A stretch of 64,000 nt of DNA from Escherichia coli. GTDB lineage: Bacteria > Pseudomonadota > Gammaproteobacteria > Enterobacterales > Enterobacteriaceae. How positions within the stretch are numbered: position 1 is the stretch's first letter; every line of letters begins with the position of its first letter. The notes under the pieces were generated by a model, which had not been told where the DNA came from, searched no databases, and saw only the letters and a list, made by a program, of their open reading frames with translations. The position numbers and the translations under genes are program-made. This document shows positions 16,021 through 24,234 of the stretch, in pieces. The stretch lies in NCBI RefSeq assembly GCF_003018255.1, contig NZ_CP027440.1; one strand, given 5' to 3'.

Positions 16021-16875
16021 TTAAATAGAGGCTGCGGGTTGCAGACTGACTTTAATGTCAGCTGGTGTCGCGTAATAAGGCGCGGAGGTAATAAAAAGGC
16101 GAATGCCGCAGTCGAGGTAATTTTTGAGTGTTGTCAGATTAATTCCGCCGGTCAGAGCCAGCGTGCAGTGAGGAGCCAGCGACGGTGCTATTTGCGCAAT
16201 TTCAGTTGCCTGTTGCGGATTAAATTTGTCGAGCTGAAGTACGTCTGGTTGCGCGCGTAACGCGGCGATTGCCTCTTTCGGCGTGTCGGCTTCAACAACT
16301 ATTTTCTTCTCGGGTGCGTGGCGGCGTAACTGATTGATTGCGCCTGACCAGTCCTGATTGTCATGAAGAAAATGACGGTGGTTGGCAAACAATAATATGG
16401 TTTCCGCACATCCGGCACGATGAATCAGTCCTCCGGCAGCCAGAATTGCCTGCGAGGCCAGTAAGCGGGTGCCCGGAATTGCTTTTCGGGTGCAGGCGAT
16501 ATTGCCATCAGGGTAACGTTCACGAAGTAACGCCAGCATTTGAGCGAGATAATCAGAAACACCGCAACTCCACTCCAGCACATTCTGGACTGCCTTCCAT
16601 CCCTGATGAAGTGCTGCGGCATTACCCTGCGCACGGATTAGCCGCTGACCCGCGTTCGCTTGTGAACCGTCGCTGACTGCGTCATCAATAGTTAATCCCA
16701 GCGTAGTTAACATCTTACACGCGACAGAAATTCCGCTGACGCAGCCGCCCTGACGGTGAAAAAACTCTATATAGCCATGCTGGTGTCCAATATTTAATGC
16801 TCGCGTGGTCAGGTCACCGCCCTGGATATCTTCCAGAAGTAACGCATCGATTTGTGCCTGAGAAAGGAAAATCAT
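16021..16875 (-). CDS. modD: ModD-family protein (quinolinate/nicotinate phosphoribosyltransferase fold), function unknown
   Basis: A 284-aa ORF with the type II PRTase core TRKAIPGTRLLASQAILAAGGLIHRAGCAETILLFANH. The ATG overlaps the upstream stop (ATGA at 16872-16875). Confidence 0.8.
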   Translation of the reverse strand: MIFLSQAQIDALLLEDIQGGDLTTRALNIGHQHGYIEFFHRQGGCVSGISVACKMLTTLGLTIDDAVSDGSQANAGQRLIRAQGNAAALHQGWKAVQNVLEWSCGVSDYLAQMLALLRERYPDGNIACTRKAIPGTRLLASQAILAAGGLIHRAGCAETILLFANHRHFLHDNQDWSGAINQLRRHAPEKKIVVEADTPKEAIAALRAQPDVLQLDKFNPQQATEIAQIAPSLAPHCTLALTGGINLTTLKNYLDCGIRLFITSAPYYATPADIKVSLQPAASI

Positions 16876-17684
16876 CGCAGTGCCTCTTGCGGTACGCTAT
16901 CCCACCAGATGAGCGCCCAGTCGCGGCTGGCAGGGGCGAGGGCACGAGCATCTTGTTGTTGATACCAGCGATATAACCGCTCACGCTCATCGTCGTTAAG
17001 CGCGCCCAGACTCCAGCTGACGTTCTGCTCAAAACGTTCCCAGGTGCTGTTATCCTGTTGGCAATTTTGTCCGCGGATAAAATCAACGTGAGCATAAATT
17101 CCCATCTGATACAGGACGTTGAGCGCAAAGATATAGTTGGGTAATTCGACCACTTCCCGACCAGCCGCCCGCTGAATGGCTGGAGAGACGAACGAGGTGC
17201 TGACCAGATGAGTCGTATAGACGCGAAGCCGTGCCTGATTATTCAGTTTGCTCATTGCCTGGCGCATATCAGCCACCAGAGTGGAGCGGGAAGCCACGGC
17301 AATATCGCAGCGTGGCAGGTCACTCCAGTCCTCTTCCCAGGCGCGCTGGATCCAGTGGACATTGTCTGCCTTTAGCGCGGCGGCGCGACGGGCGGCAACG
17401 TTCAGCATCCCCTGACTGTAATCAACGCCATAAATCGTCGTGAGTTTGTCCGCCAGCGCCAGCGATACGGTACCCGGTCCGCAGCCCATATCGAATAAGG
17501 TTTGCGCGCCTTGCAGGTCAATTTTTGAGGTCAGTTGTTGCAGGTAGCTGTCCGTCGGCGAGGCGCAATTTTCCGCCATTTTTTCCGCCCGTTGATCCCA
17601 GTGATCCGGCGTTTTTTCTGTGCGATGGGCCAGCCTGAGTTGCTGAAGGTAAAGGTCTGCAAAATCAATATCGTCAATGAGCAT
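16872..17684 (-). CDS. Class I SAM-dependent methyltransferase, substrate unknown
   Basis: A 270-aa ORF with SAM motif I LFDMGCGPGTVSLALA, followed by the acidic motif II IYGVDYS. Confidence 0.8.
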   Translation of the reverse strand: MLIDDIDFADLYLQQLRLAHRTEKTPDHWDQRAEKMAENCASPTDSYLQQLTSKIDLQGAQTLFDMGCGPGTVSLALADKLTTIYGVDYSQGMLNVAARRAAALKADNVHWIQRAWEEDWSDLPRCDIAVASRSTLVADMRQAMSKLNNQARLRVYTTHLVSTSFVSPAIQRAAGREVVELPNYIFALNVLYQMGIYAHVDFIRGQNCQQDNSTWERFEQNVSWSLGALNDDERERLYRWYQQQDARALAPASRDWALIWWDSVPQEALR

Positions 17685-17693
17685 GATTTTTCC

Positions 17694-18452
17694 TTAGTGC
17701 TTAATTGCAGAGAGGTGATGGTGAATCTGGTCGGCAGAAACCCGGTACAGGGCAGCCAGTTTTTTCGTTGTTAACTGTTCGGTCGGTAAGCCTTGTGTTA
17801 CTCGTCCATCTGGCTCTACCTGGATAATGCTGTCGGCAATGGCGTTTGCATGGAGCGGATGATGAGTCGACATTAACATTGTCATGCCGTTATTTTTGAG
17901 CTGCGCCAGCGTGTCCAGAAGTTGGATCTGATGACCGAAATCGAGGCTAGAGGCAGGCTCATCCAGTAATAACAAGCGCGGTTGCTGGACGAGTGCACGG
18001 GCGATTAAAGCCAGCTGACGTTCACCGCCGCTAAGCGTATTCCAGCGTCGTGTCGCCAGATGCAAAATGCCCAGCTTTTCCAGTTGCTCCGTTGCTTTCA
18101 GGCGTTCTTGCTTACCGGGAACGGAAAAAGCGCCTATGGTGGGGGCCTGGCCCATCAACACCATATCCAGCACACTAAAAGCAAAAATGCCGTCGTGCGC
18201 CTGCGGCACCCAGGCAATAGCCTGCGCGCGCTGGCGATGGCTGAGTGTCTGCACAGGGAGGCTATCCAGTAAGATCTCGCCTTTTAATAACGGTATAACG
18301 CCAAGAATGGAGCGCATGAGTGTGGTTTTGCCGCAACCATTGGCTCCTAACAGACAACAAATTGTTCCTTGCGACAGGGTGAAGGACACGTCGCGTAGCA
18401 CCGGATGGCGGGAGTAACCCAGAGACGCATGACGGACGGCAAGCAAAGTCAC
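17694..18452 (-). CDS. ABC transporter ATPase (FepC/FecE/BtuD type)
   Basis: It has Walker A GANGCGKTT, signature LSGGERQ and Walker B LLLLDEP. I chose the GTG start at 18452 because GGAGG precedes it and it overlaps the permease stop (GTGA). The longer track ORF up to 18590 would run 140 nt into the permease gene. Confidence 0.85.
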   Translation of the reverse strand: MTLLAVRHASLGYSRHPVLRDVSFTLSQGTICCLLGANGCGKTTLMRSILGVIPLLKGEILLDSLPVQTLSHRQRAQAIAWVPQAHDGIFAFSVLDMVLMGQAPTIGAFSVPGKQERLKATEQLEKLGILHLATRRWNTLSGGERQLALIARALVQQPRLLLLDEPASSLDFGHQIQLLDTLAQLKNNGMTMLMSTHHPLHANAIADSIIQVEPDGRVTQGLPTEQLTTKKLAALYRVSADQIHHHLSAIKH

Positions 18453-19429
18453 TGGCGACCTCCGCGTAACAACAAAAACAGGAAAAACGGTGCGCCAACA
18501 AAAGCGGTCAGAATGCCAAGTGGGATTTCTGTTGTTCCAATGCTGCGTGCCAGCGTATCGGTAAGCAGGAGCAGAATCGCGCCAGTACACATTGCCATGG
18601 GCAACAGCTGCTGATGGTTATGACCGGTCAACAAGCGGGCAATGTGCGGAACGACCAGGCCGACCCAACCAATTATGCCCGCTATTGCTACCGTGCTGGC
18701 GGTGATGAGTGTGGCACAGACAATCAATCCAAAGCGCAGACGTGTCACGTTCAGTCCCAGCGAACGGGCTTCGTCGTCGGAAAGCGTGAGTAAATTCATG
18801 CGCCAGCGGAGAAAAAACAGGGGCAAGGAGCCTATGAGAATGATCGGTGCAGCATAGCAGAGATCGCGTAAGGTCACGGTGGACAGCCCCCCCAGCAACC
18901 AGAAGGTAATTGACGGTAACTGGGTATAAGGATCGGCCAGCGTTTTTATTAGCGATATCCCCGCTCCGCACAACGTTCCTAACGCAATGCCTACCAGCAC
19001 CAGGGTTAAGATCGGATCGTGGCGGGTCACCCGACGCGTAATCAACCAGACGCCCGCGACCACCATCAGCCCGCCGCAAAATGCGTACAGCTGGATGTAA
19101 ACAATGGATAATCCCCACAGGATTGCCGCGCAGGCACCAAGTCCGGCACCGGCGGAGACGCCTAAAATATCCGGTGACACTAAGGGATTACGGAACATTC
19201 CCTGATAGGTGGTTCCGGCCCCTGCCAGCGCCGCGCCCAGAAACAGCGCAGCAAGAATACGCGGCACGCGGATTTGCCAGAAGACAATTTGTTCCTGCAC
19301 AGTAACATTTTCTTGACGAAGAATGAGCGCCAGCAGTTGCTGCATATCGAGATGATAAGCCCCACTTACGGCGGCAAAAGTGATACTGATAGCTGCCAGC
19401 AGCAAAATACATCCGTTTACGGTTCTCAT
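18449..19429 (-). CDS. FecCD/BtuC-family ABC permease
   Basis: A 326-aa polytopic ORF with typical FecCD-family organisation. The ATG shares one nt with the upstream TAA (TAATG). Confidence 0.87.
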   Translation of the reverse strand: MRTVNGCILLLAAISITFAAVSGAYHLDMQQLLALILRQENVTVQEQIVFWQIRVPRILAALFLGAALAGAGTTYQGMFRNPLVSPDILGVSAGAGLGACAAILWGLSIVYIQLYAFCGGLMVVAGVWLITRRVTRHDPILTLVLVGIALGTLCGAGISLIKTLADPYTQLPSITFWLLGGLSTVTLRDLCYAAPIILIGSLPLFFLRWRMNLLTLSDDEARSLGLNVTRLRFGLIVCATLITASTVAIAGIIGWVGLVVPHIARLLTGHNHQQLLPMAMCTGAILLLLTDTLARSIGTTEIPLGILTAFVGAPFFLFLLLRGGRQ

Positions 19430-20451
19430 TAGCTCGCCACCAATTTTTGATAGTCGGCGTCACTTAATGGGCAATGCCAGAACAGTTGGGCGTAATGCTG
19501 CATGTCACTTTTAAACTGGCGATTGATGGCGGGATCCAGCCAGGCGTGAAGTCTGCGTAATCCCAGAAGACGGTTGATTCCCGGCGGGGCATCCAGCCAG
19601 CCAAAGGGCAGGCCACTTAAAAATAAGATGCGTTGTTCCGCAACCGCTTTCACGCCCTGCCAGAGAGGATCACGACGAATAAAATCTGCAGTAACGGCCT
19701 CCTGAACCAGAATAATATCCGGCTGCCAGCGCAGGAGATTTTCCATGGAAACCTGTGTCAGACCGTGGCGATCGGCTATTTGCGCGACGTTGTGCAAACC
19801 TAATAATTCCGCCGCCTCGGTATGCAACGAACCCTGTAAGCCCGTTTCCAGCCCTCGAGGACCGCGCGCAGCATAAAAGCTGAGATTAGCGGCGGGTGAG
19901 GTGGCGAATGCCTGAGCTTCACCAACGAAGCGGCTGGCGAGATTGGCTTGTTCTGCGGCGCGGTGCTCTTCGCCTAACGTTTTGCCAAGCGTTGTTAACT
20001 GTTCTGCTGATTGTTCCAGTTTCCCGTTAAGCAATAACCAGGGTATTTGTGTCTGTTCGCTAACCTGCCGTGCCTGGGAGATCCAGGTTTCATCCGTATT
20101 GCCGCAATCAACGACCAAATCGGGATGTAACGCCATAAGCCCTTCCAGCGAGAGTGTACTGGCGCGCCCGGCGAGTCGTCCCAGCCTGGGGAACTGGCGA
20201 ATGTGCTCTGGCAATGGAATTAATGCCTGACGGGCAAAATCAAAAGAGGAAAAACCGACCATTTTTTCTGGCGCGACAGCCAGCAATAGTAAATCGGCGG
20301 GCGCGCCTGCGCTGACGATGCGTGTAATGTTTTGGGCTTCGGGAAGCGTCAGTGAGGCCCAGAATTTGACTGATTGTGCAAAGGACGGCAGATGATGCAG
20401 GAACAATGTCGACGCAAGAATCTGTGTAAACCTCCGTCTGGTTAGTGACAT
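19429..20451 (-). CDS. Periplasmic substrate-binding protein (class III, FhuD/BtuF-like) with a twin-arginine type signal
   Basis: The preferred start is ATG 20451 (MSLTRRRFTQILASTLFLHHLPSFA-QS), preceded by AGGA. The track ORF start at 20493 adds 14 residues ahead of the signal n-region. Confidence 0.8.
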   Translation of the reverse strand: MSLTRRRFTQILASTLFLHHLPSFAQSVKFWASLTLPEAQNITRIVSAGAPADLLLLAVAPEKMVGFSSFDFARQALIPLPEHIRQFPRLGRLAGRASTLSLEGLMALHPDLVVDCGNTDETWISQARQVSEQTQIPWLLLNGKLEQSAEQLTTLGKTLGEEHRAAEQANLASRFVGEAQAFATSPAANLSFYAARGPRGLETGLQGSLHTEAAELLGLHNVAQIADRHGLTQVSMENLLRWQPDIILVQEAVTADFIRRDPLWQGVKAVAEQRILFLSGLPFGWLDAPPGINRLLGLRRLHAWLDPAINRQFKSDMQHYAQLFWHCPLSDADYQKLVAS

Positions 20452-20628
20452 AAGTAATATCCTGATAATTAAAACCGCTATATACTTACACATATAGCGA
20501 AAAAGATCATGTTTGATGTCAAAATTTGTCTAAAGAGACGGAATGATTTGCTTGTTGCTTAAATAACACTTTGTTCCACAAGAAAATTGTCAGGGAGAAT
20601 GGGGAGTGGGGGAAAATATAAATAGAGG

Positions 20629-20647
20629 TGTAATGATTAACAAGTTG
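20629..20647 (-). promoter_or_regulatory. Candidate sigma70 promoter with an overlapping Fur-like box for the island operon
   Basis: The minus strand reads TTGTTA-17 nt-TATATT. The overlapping caacttgttaatcattaca matches the 19-bp Fur consensus GATAATGATAATCATTATC at 12/19 positions. The match is weak and this is a prediction only. Confidence 0.3.
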
Positions 20648-20729
20648 ATAAAATAAAATTAAAATCTTCTCTAATAAAAGAAAATAAAGGCATAGACCGT
20701 AGAAAGAGTGGTATTTGGTATTTCGTGGT

Positions 20730-20773
20730 GAAGAAAGAGCAATGCCAATTTTATGCACGTAATGGCATTGCTC
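20730..20773 (-). terminator. Rho-independent terminator after treA
   Basis: Perfect 11-bp stem gagcaatgcca / tggcattgctc with a 15-nt loop, followed on the minus strand by tctttctt. Confidence 0.7.
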
Positions 20774-20787
20774 GATATACAGTAAAG

Positions 20788-22485
20788 TTAAGGCGTAGGT
20801 TCCGCCTCATTTTGTTTTACCGGCTGTGTTGTTGATTCACTGAGTGGACGCGTCGCCGGAACATTGTCGCACGGTTGCTCTTTCGGGCAGATCAAATCCA
20901 GCATTTTCAGCGTCACGCCATTGGTCCAGCCAAAGCCATCCTGTAATGGATATTCGCCACCGCCGCCCCCTGTTCCGGTGGTGCTGACATCATATTTTTC
21001 CACCAGCTTTTTCTCCCGGTCATAGGTGTGCTGAACATTGGTCAGGAAGTGCCAGCTAATGTCCATCGCCACCTCTTTTTGCCCGTAGTTTTGTAATCCT
21101 TCTGTCGCGACCCACTGCAACGGTGCCCAGCCGTTTGGCGCATCCCATTGTTGCCCACTTTTCACCGACGTGGTGTTCAGGCCGCCTGGTTGCAGCAGAT
21201 GTGTTTTCGTCGCCGTCGCCATTTTGCTGGCGCGATCTTTCGCTGCCGCATTGACGTACAGCGGGAACAGGGCGGCCGCGGTTAACTGATTGCGCACTTT
21301 ATGACTTTTCAGGTCGTAATCGGCATACCAGCCTTGTTGATCGTTCCACAGGTATTTTTCGATCCCTTTTTGACGGGCATTCGCCAGCGTTTCGTACTGG
21401 TTTGCCATCGCGTTATCTCCGGCAGCTTTGCTGGCGCGGGCGAGGATTTTTTCCATTTTAAACATCAGGCTGTTCAGATCGACCGGTACGATGCTGGTGG
21501 TGCGTAAGGTATTTAACTGCTGCGGATTGTCCATCCAGCGCGAGCTGAAATCCCAGCCAGACGCAGCGGCAGAGCGCAGGTCGCGGTAAATTTCAGTGGC
21601 AGGTCGATTCGGATTGCTTTTGGCGGTGGCAATATCTTCCACCCATGACTCTGGTCGTGGCGTATCGCGATCGTCCCAGTAGCGGTTGAGAAGGGTACCA
21701 TCCTGAAGTTTGACAACGCGTTTTTCCTGTTGTCCGGCTTGCAGGTTTTCAACACCGTCCATCCAGTAAGCATATTCTTTTTGCATTTGCGGCAGGTATT
21801 GCTTCAACGCGGCATCGCCTTCATGCTGCGCCAGTAACTCTACCATCAGGGCAAAGAATGGCGGTTGTGAGCGGCTTAAATAGTAACTGCGGTTGCCGTT
21901 GGGAATATGCCCGTAAGTGTCTATTTCATGAGCAAAATTGGCCACCATATCCGCGACTTTATCCCAGTGACCACTTTCGGCAAGCCCTAACATGGTGAAG
22001 TAACTGTCCCAGTAATATACCTCGCGAAAACGTCCGCCCGGCACAACATAAGGTTCCGGCAGCGGTAACAGAGAATCCCATTTTTCGGTATTTTCGGTAG
22101 AACGCGTTAATACCGGCCAAAGTCCGTCAATATGTTCGCGTAGTGATTGCCCCTCTGGCGGAACATATTTCTCGCCCTCTTTCGGCAGGGTGAAATTGAC
22201 GTTAACGAAATGGCGTAGATCAAATCCGCTCTGGTTTTGCTGCATCCGATAATCAGCAAGGATCATCAGCGGATCGCTGTTCGGCACGGCATCGGCAAAG
22301 GTTTTTTGGTCCGGAAAAAGTTTGGCGTTTTGCACATCATTAAACAGCGGCCCTAATAAAATATCAGGCGGCTGTGGCGTTACCGGTGTTTCTTCTGCCT
22401 GCACCGATAGCGCAGCGAAACACAAAAAGATGCAGGCTGGAATTAACGCCATTTTTAGCGGGCGAGAAGCTGCGGGGGATTTCAT
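20788..22485 (-). CDS. treA: TreA, periplasmic trehalase (GH37)
   Basis: The start is at ATG 22485 ([30 protein letters not shown], a signal peptide) after AAGGAG, giving 565 aa. Recognised as TreA. Confidence 0.96.
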   Translation of the reverse strand: MKSPAASRPLKMALIPACIFLCFAALSVQAEETPVTPQPPDILLGPLFNDVQNAKLFPDQKTFADAVPNSDPLMILADYRMQQNQSGFDLRHFVNVNFTLPKEGEKYVPPEGQSLREHIDGLWPVLTRSTENTEKWDSLLPLPEPYVVPGGRFREVYYWDSYFTMLGLAESGHWDKVADMVANFAHEIDTYGHIPNGNRSYYLSRSQPPFFALMVELLAQHEGDAALKQYLPQMQKEYAYWMDGVENLQAGQQEKRVVKLQDGTLLNRYWDDRDTPRPESWVEDIATAKSNPNRPATEIYRDLRSAAASGWDFSSRWMDNPQQLNTLRTTSIVPVDLNSLMFKMEKILARASKAAGDNAMANQYETLANARQKGIEKYLWNDQQGWYADYDLKSHKVRNQLTAAALFPLYVNAAAKDRASKMATATKTHLLQPGGLNTTSVKSGQQWDAPNGWAPLQWVATEGLQNYGQKEVAMDISWHFLTNVQHTYDREKKLVEKYDVSTTGTGGGGGEYPLQDGFGWTNGVTLKMLDLICPKEQPCDNVPATRPLSESTTQPVKQNEAEPTP

Positions 22486-22769
22486 CAATCATTCTCCTTT
22501 GGCGAAACCGAATAAAACGGTATTCAAGTATCAGAAAACCTTAGTTCAGGATCGCACTAGCTGCATGATCGAAATCTCATTCTGCGAACGGTCAGGCATT
22601 TTAGAAAAGGGAATTAAAGGGATAAATAACGTCGAAATAGAGTGATCAAATAACGTCTGTTTGTTAGCCAGCCAGCGGCGTTGGGTTCGCGATTAGCGCC
22701 GAAAAAATCATCATGATTTGGTAAAAAATATAACAGGTAGTTAAAAATCATCCGTGCAGAGTAAATAGC

Positions 22770-22796
22770 CGGATGGCATCAGAACGATGCCATCCG
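22770..22796 (-). terminator. Terminator hairpin after dhaM
   Basis: Perfect 11-bp stem cggatggcatc-agaac-gatgccatccg, 10 nt after the dhaM stop. Confidence 0.6.
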
Positions 22797-22805
22797 AACG
22801 GTGGT

Positions 22806-24224
22806 TTAACCCTGACGGCTGAAACGTTGCGTTTTAACGTCCAGCGTTAGCGTTTCTTCTGGTTGTATCGCATACAGTTTCTCACCCTGCTGGCAAATCC
22901 AGCCAATCCCCAGTTCACGGGCGATCAGGGCGCTGTGGGATAGCGGACTTCCGGCGCTAAGGCAGATACCTTTTACAACCGCCGGATCCAGTTGCAGTAT
23001 TGTGGAGGGATAGATGTTCTCCGCCAGTAGAATAGTTGGCGAGTTAAACTGCGGGAGTTCTTCTTTCGTTTGGGTCAGGTGGACCAGGGTGCGATGCAGA
23101 AGATCGTCCACATCAATATAGCGAGCCTGTAGATATTCATCATCCAGTTGCTGGTATTGCTGGCTAAGTTCTTTAAGAACTTGCTGCCAGGCATATTCTG
23201 CCGTGCAATGTTCATGCTGAAGGAGTTCGCTTGCCGCCGCCAGCAGTTCCGGATCATCTAACAGTGTATGGTGACCAGAAAAGATTGCGGCAATATCGTC
23301 AAGCCCGCTGGCTTCTGCTTTCGCTGTTAACGTCATCAGATCTAATAACGTGAAGTCAATGGCCTGGCGTAATCGTTCTTGTTCTTCATCCACGGTCAGG
23401 GTTGATTTTGCCTGTACCGTACATAAAACCGGTTGATAATAAAAGGCTTTACCCGAAACAGGCGGAACGGGACGCAGAATAGGTGGAGCAACTTCCTCCG
23501 TTTCACCAAAGTTATCTTCAGCCAGCTGACGGAAAGCGATCAGTGCCTCTTCAGCTTCTGGCCCTTTCGCAATCAGGCGCAGCGTATCGTTATAGCGAAC
23601 TTGTAGTAACGCAATCTGGTTAATACTCTCCGGTGTGACGCATTTGCCGTTTTTCTCCAGCAACATATCGGCATTAAATGTCGATAAGGTATAAACCAGC
23701 CGGGAGGCCGGACGTACATGCAGGCCGTTACGGTTTTTTATGACCACCGCCAGAGAACGGGCTTCTTCATCGTACGAAGGACATGTGTCAGAGATTTCAG
23801 TGTTGGAGGAGGGTAAACCCAGTTGTTCACGTTTGGCTTCCAGCGCATGCATGGCGTCAAAGATCACTTTGTCGATCTCCGCCCCCGAGGCCGCGCTAAC
23901 CGTTGCTGCCAGTGTACCTTCGACCAACGGCGCAGCACACAAACGTACTTTTGCGGCGATCTCGGGAGCCAGCAATTCCAGCGCAGTTTCAGCACTCAAT
24001 AATGCGCTTCCTATATCCATCATGACCAGCACATGGTCGGTATCGGCAACAGATTCGATGGCCTCCATCACTTTGACGGCATCGGTACCAATGGGATTTT
24101 GTGGATCGTCAATTCCCGCGGCAATGGCGATTTTACAATTATCACTCATTAACATCTGACGGGCTAATTCACCGACGCCTTCTCCCAGTCGGCTGCTATG
24201 TGAAACTATGACCAGGTTTACCAT
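22806..24224 (-). CDS. dhaM: DhaM, PTS-dependent dihydroxyacetone kinase phosphotransferase subunit
   Basis: The start is at ATG 24224 (MVNLVIVSHS), giving 472 aa. It has EIIA-like, HPr-like and EI-N-like segments. Confidence 0.95.
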   Translation of the reverse strand: MVNLVIVSHSSRLGEGVGELARQMLMSDNCKIAIAAGIDDPQNPIGTDAVKVMEAIESVADTDHVLVMMDIGSALLSAETALELLAPEIAAKVRLCAAPLVEGTLAATVSAASGAEIDKVIFDAMHALEAKREQLGLPSSNTEISDTCPSYDEEARSLAVVIKNRNGLHVRPASRLVYTLSTFNADMLLEKNGKCVTPESINQIALLQVRYNDTLRLIAKGPEAEEALIAFRQLAEDNFGETEEVAPPILRPVPPVSGKAFYYQPVLCTVQAKSTLTVDEEQERLRQAIDFTLLDLMTLTAKAEASGLDDIAAIFSGHHTLLDDPELLAAASELLQHEHCTAEYAWQQVLKELSQQYQQLDDEYLQARYIDVDDLLHRTLVHLTQTKEELPQFNSPTILLAENIYPSTILQLDPAVVKGICLSAGSPLSHSALIARELGIGWICQQGEKLYAIQPEETLTLDVKTQRFSRQG

Positions 24225-24234
24225 CACCAATTCC

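Noticed and set aside
18453-18590. An N-terminal extension of the ABC ATPase ORF (the 298-aa track version).
   Set aside because: It would overlap the permease gene by about 140 nt and adds a non-ABC, Trp/Arg-rich sequence. The GTG at 18452 has a GGAGG RBS and a GTGA stop/start overlap.
20519-20758. A 79-aa minus-strand ORF in the AT-rich leader of the island.
   Set aside because: It starts inside the treA terminator hairpin and its composition is AT-driven (Leu/Phe/Ile/Tyr/Lys). It has no RBS and most likely arises by chance in AT-rich DNA.
20452-20787. A cobalamin or other riboswitch in the island leader, considered because BtuF/FecCD-type importers often have one.
   Set aside because: I found no B12-box-like GCCACTG core and no recognisable conserved riboswitch helices by eye. 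A covariance-model scan (Rfam) would be needed to exclude one formally.
13976-20787. Mobile-element signatures at the island borders (integrase, IS ends, direct repeats, tRNA attachment site).
   Set aside because: I could see none. The left border is the ymgE terminator and the right border is the treA terminator, so I do not call it a mobile element.
20788-20860. The TreA C-terminal tail ([22 protein letters not shown]) looks different from the K-12 tail as I remember it.
   Set aside because: It is a low-complexity Pro/Thr/Gln tail that probably varies between strains. I cannot verify the difference without an alignment, and it has no obvious functional implication.
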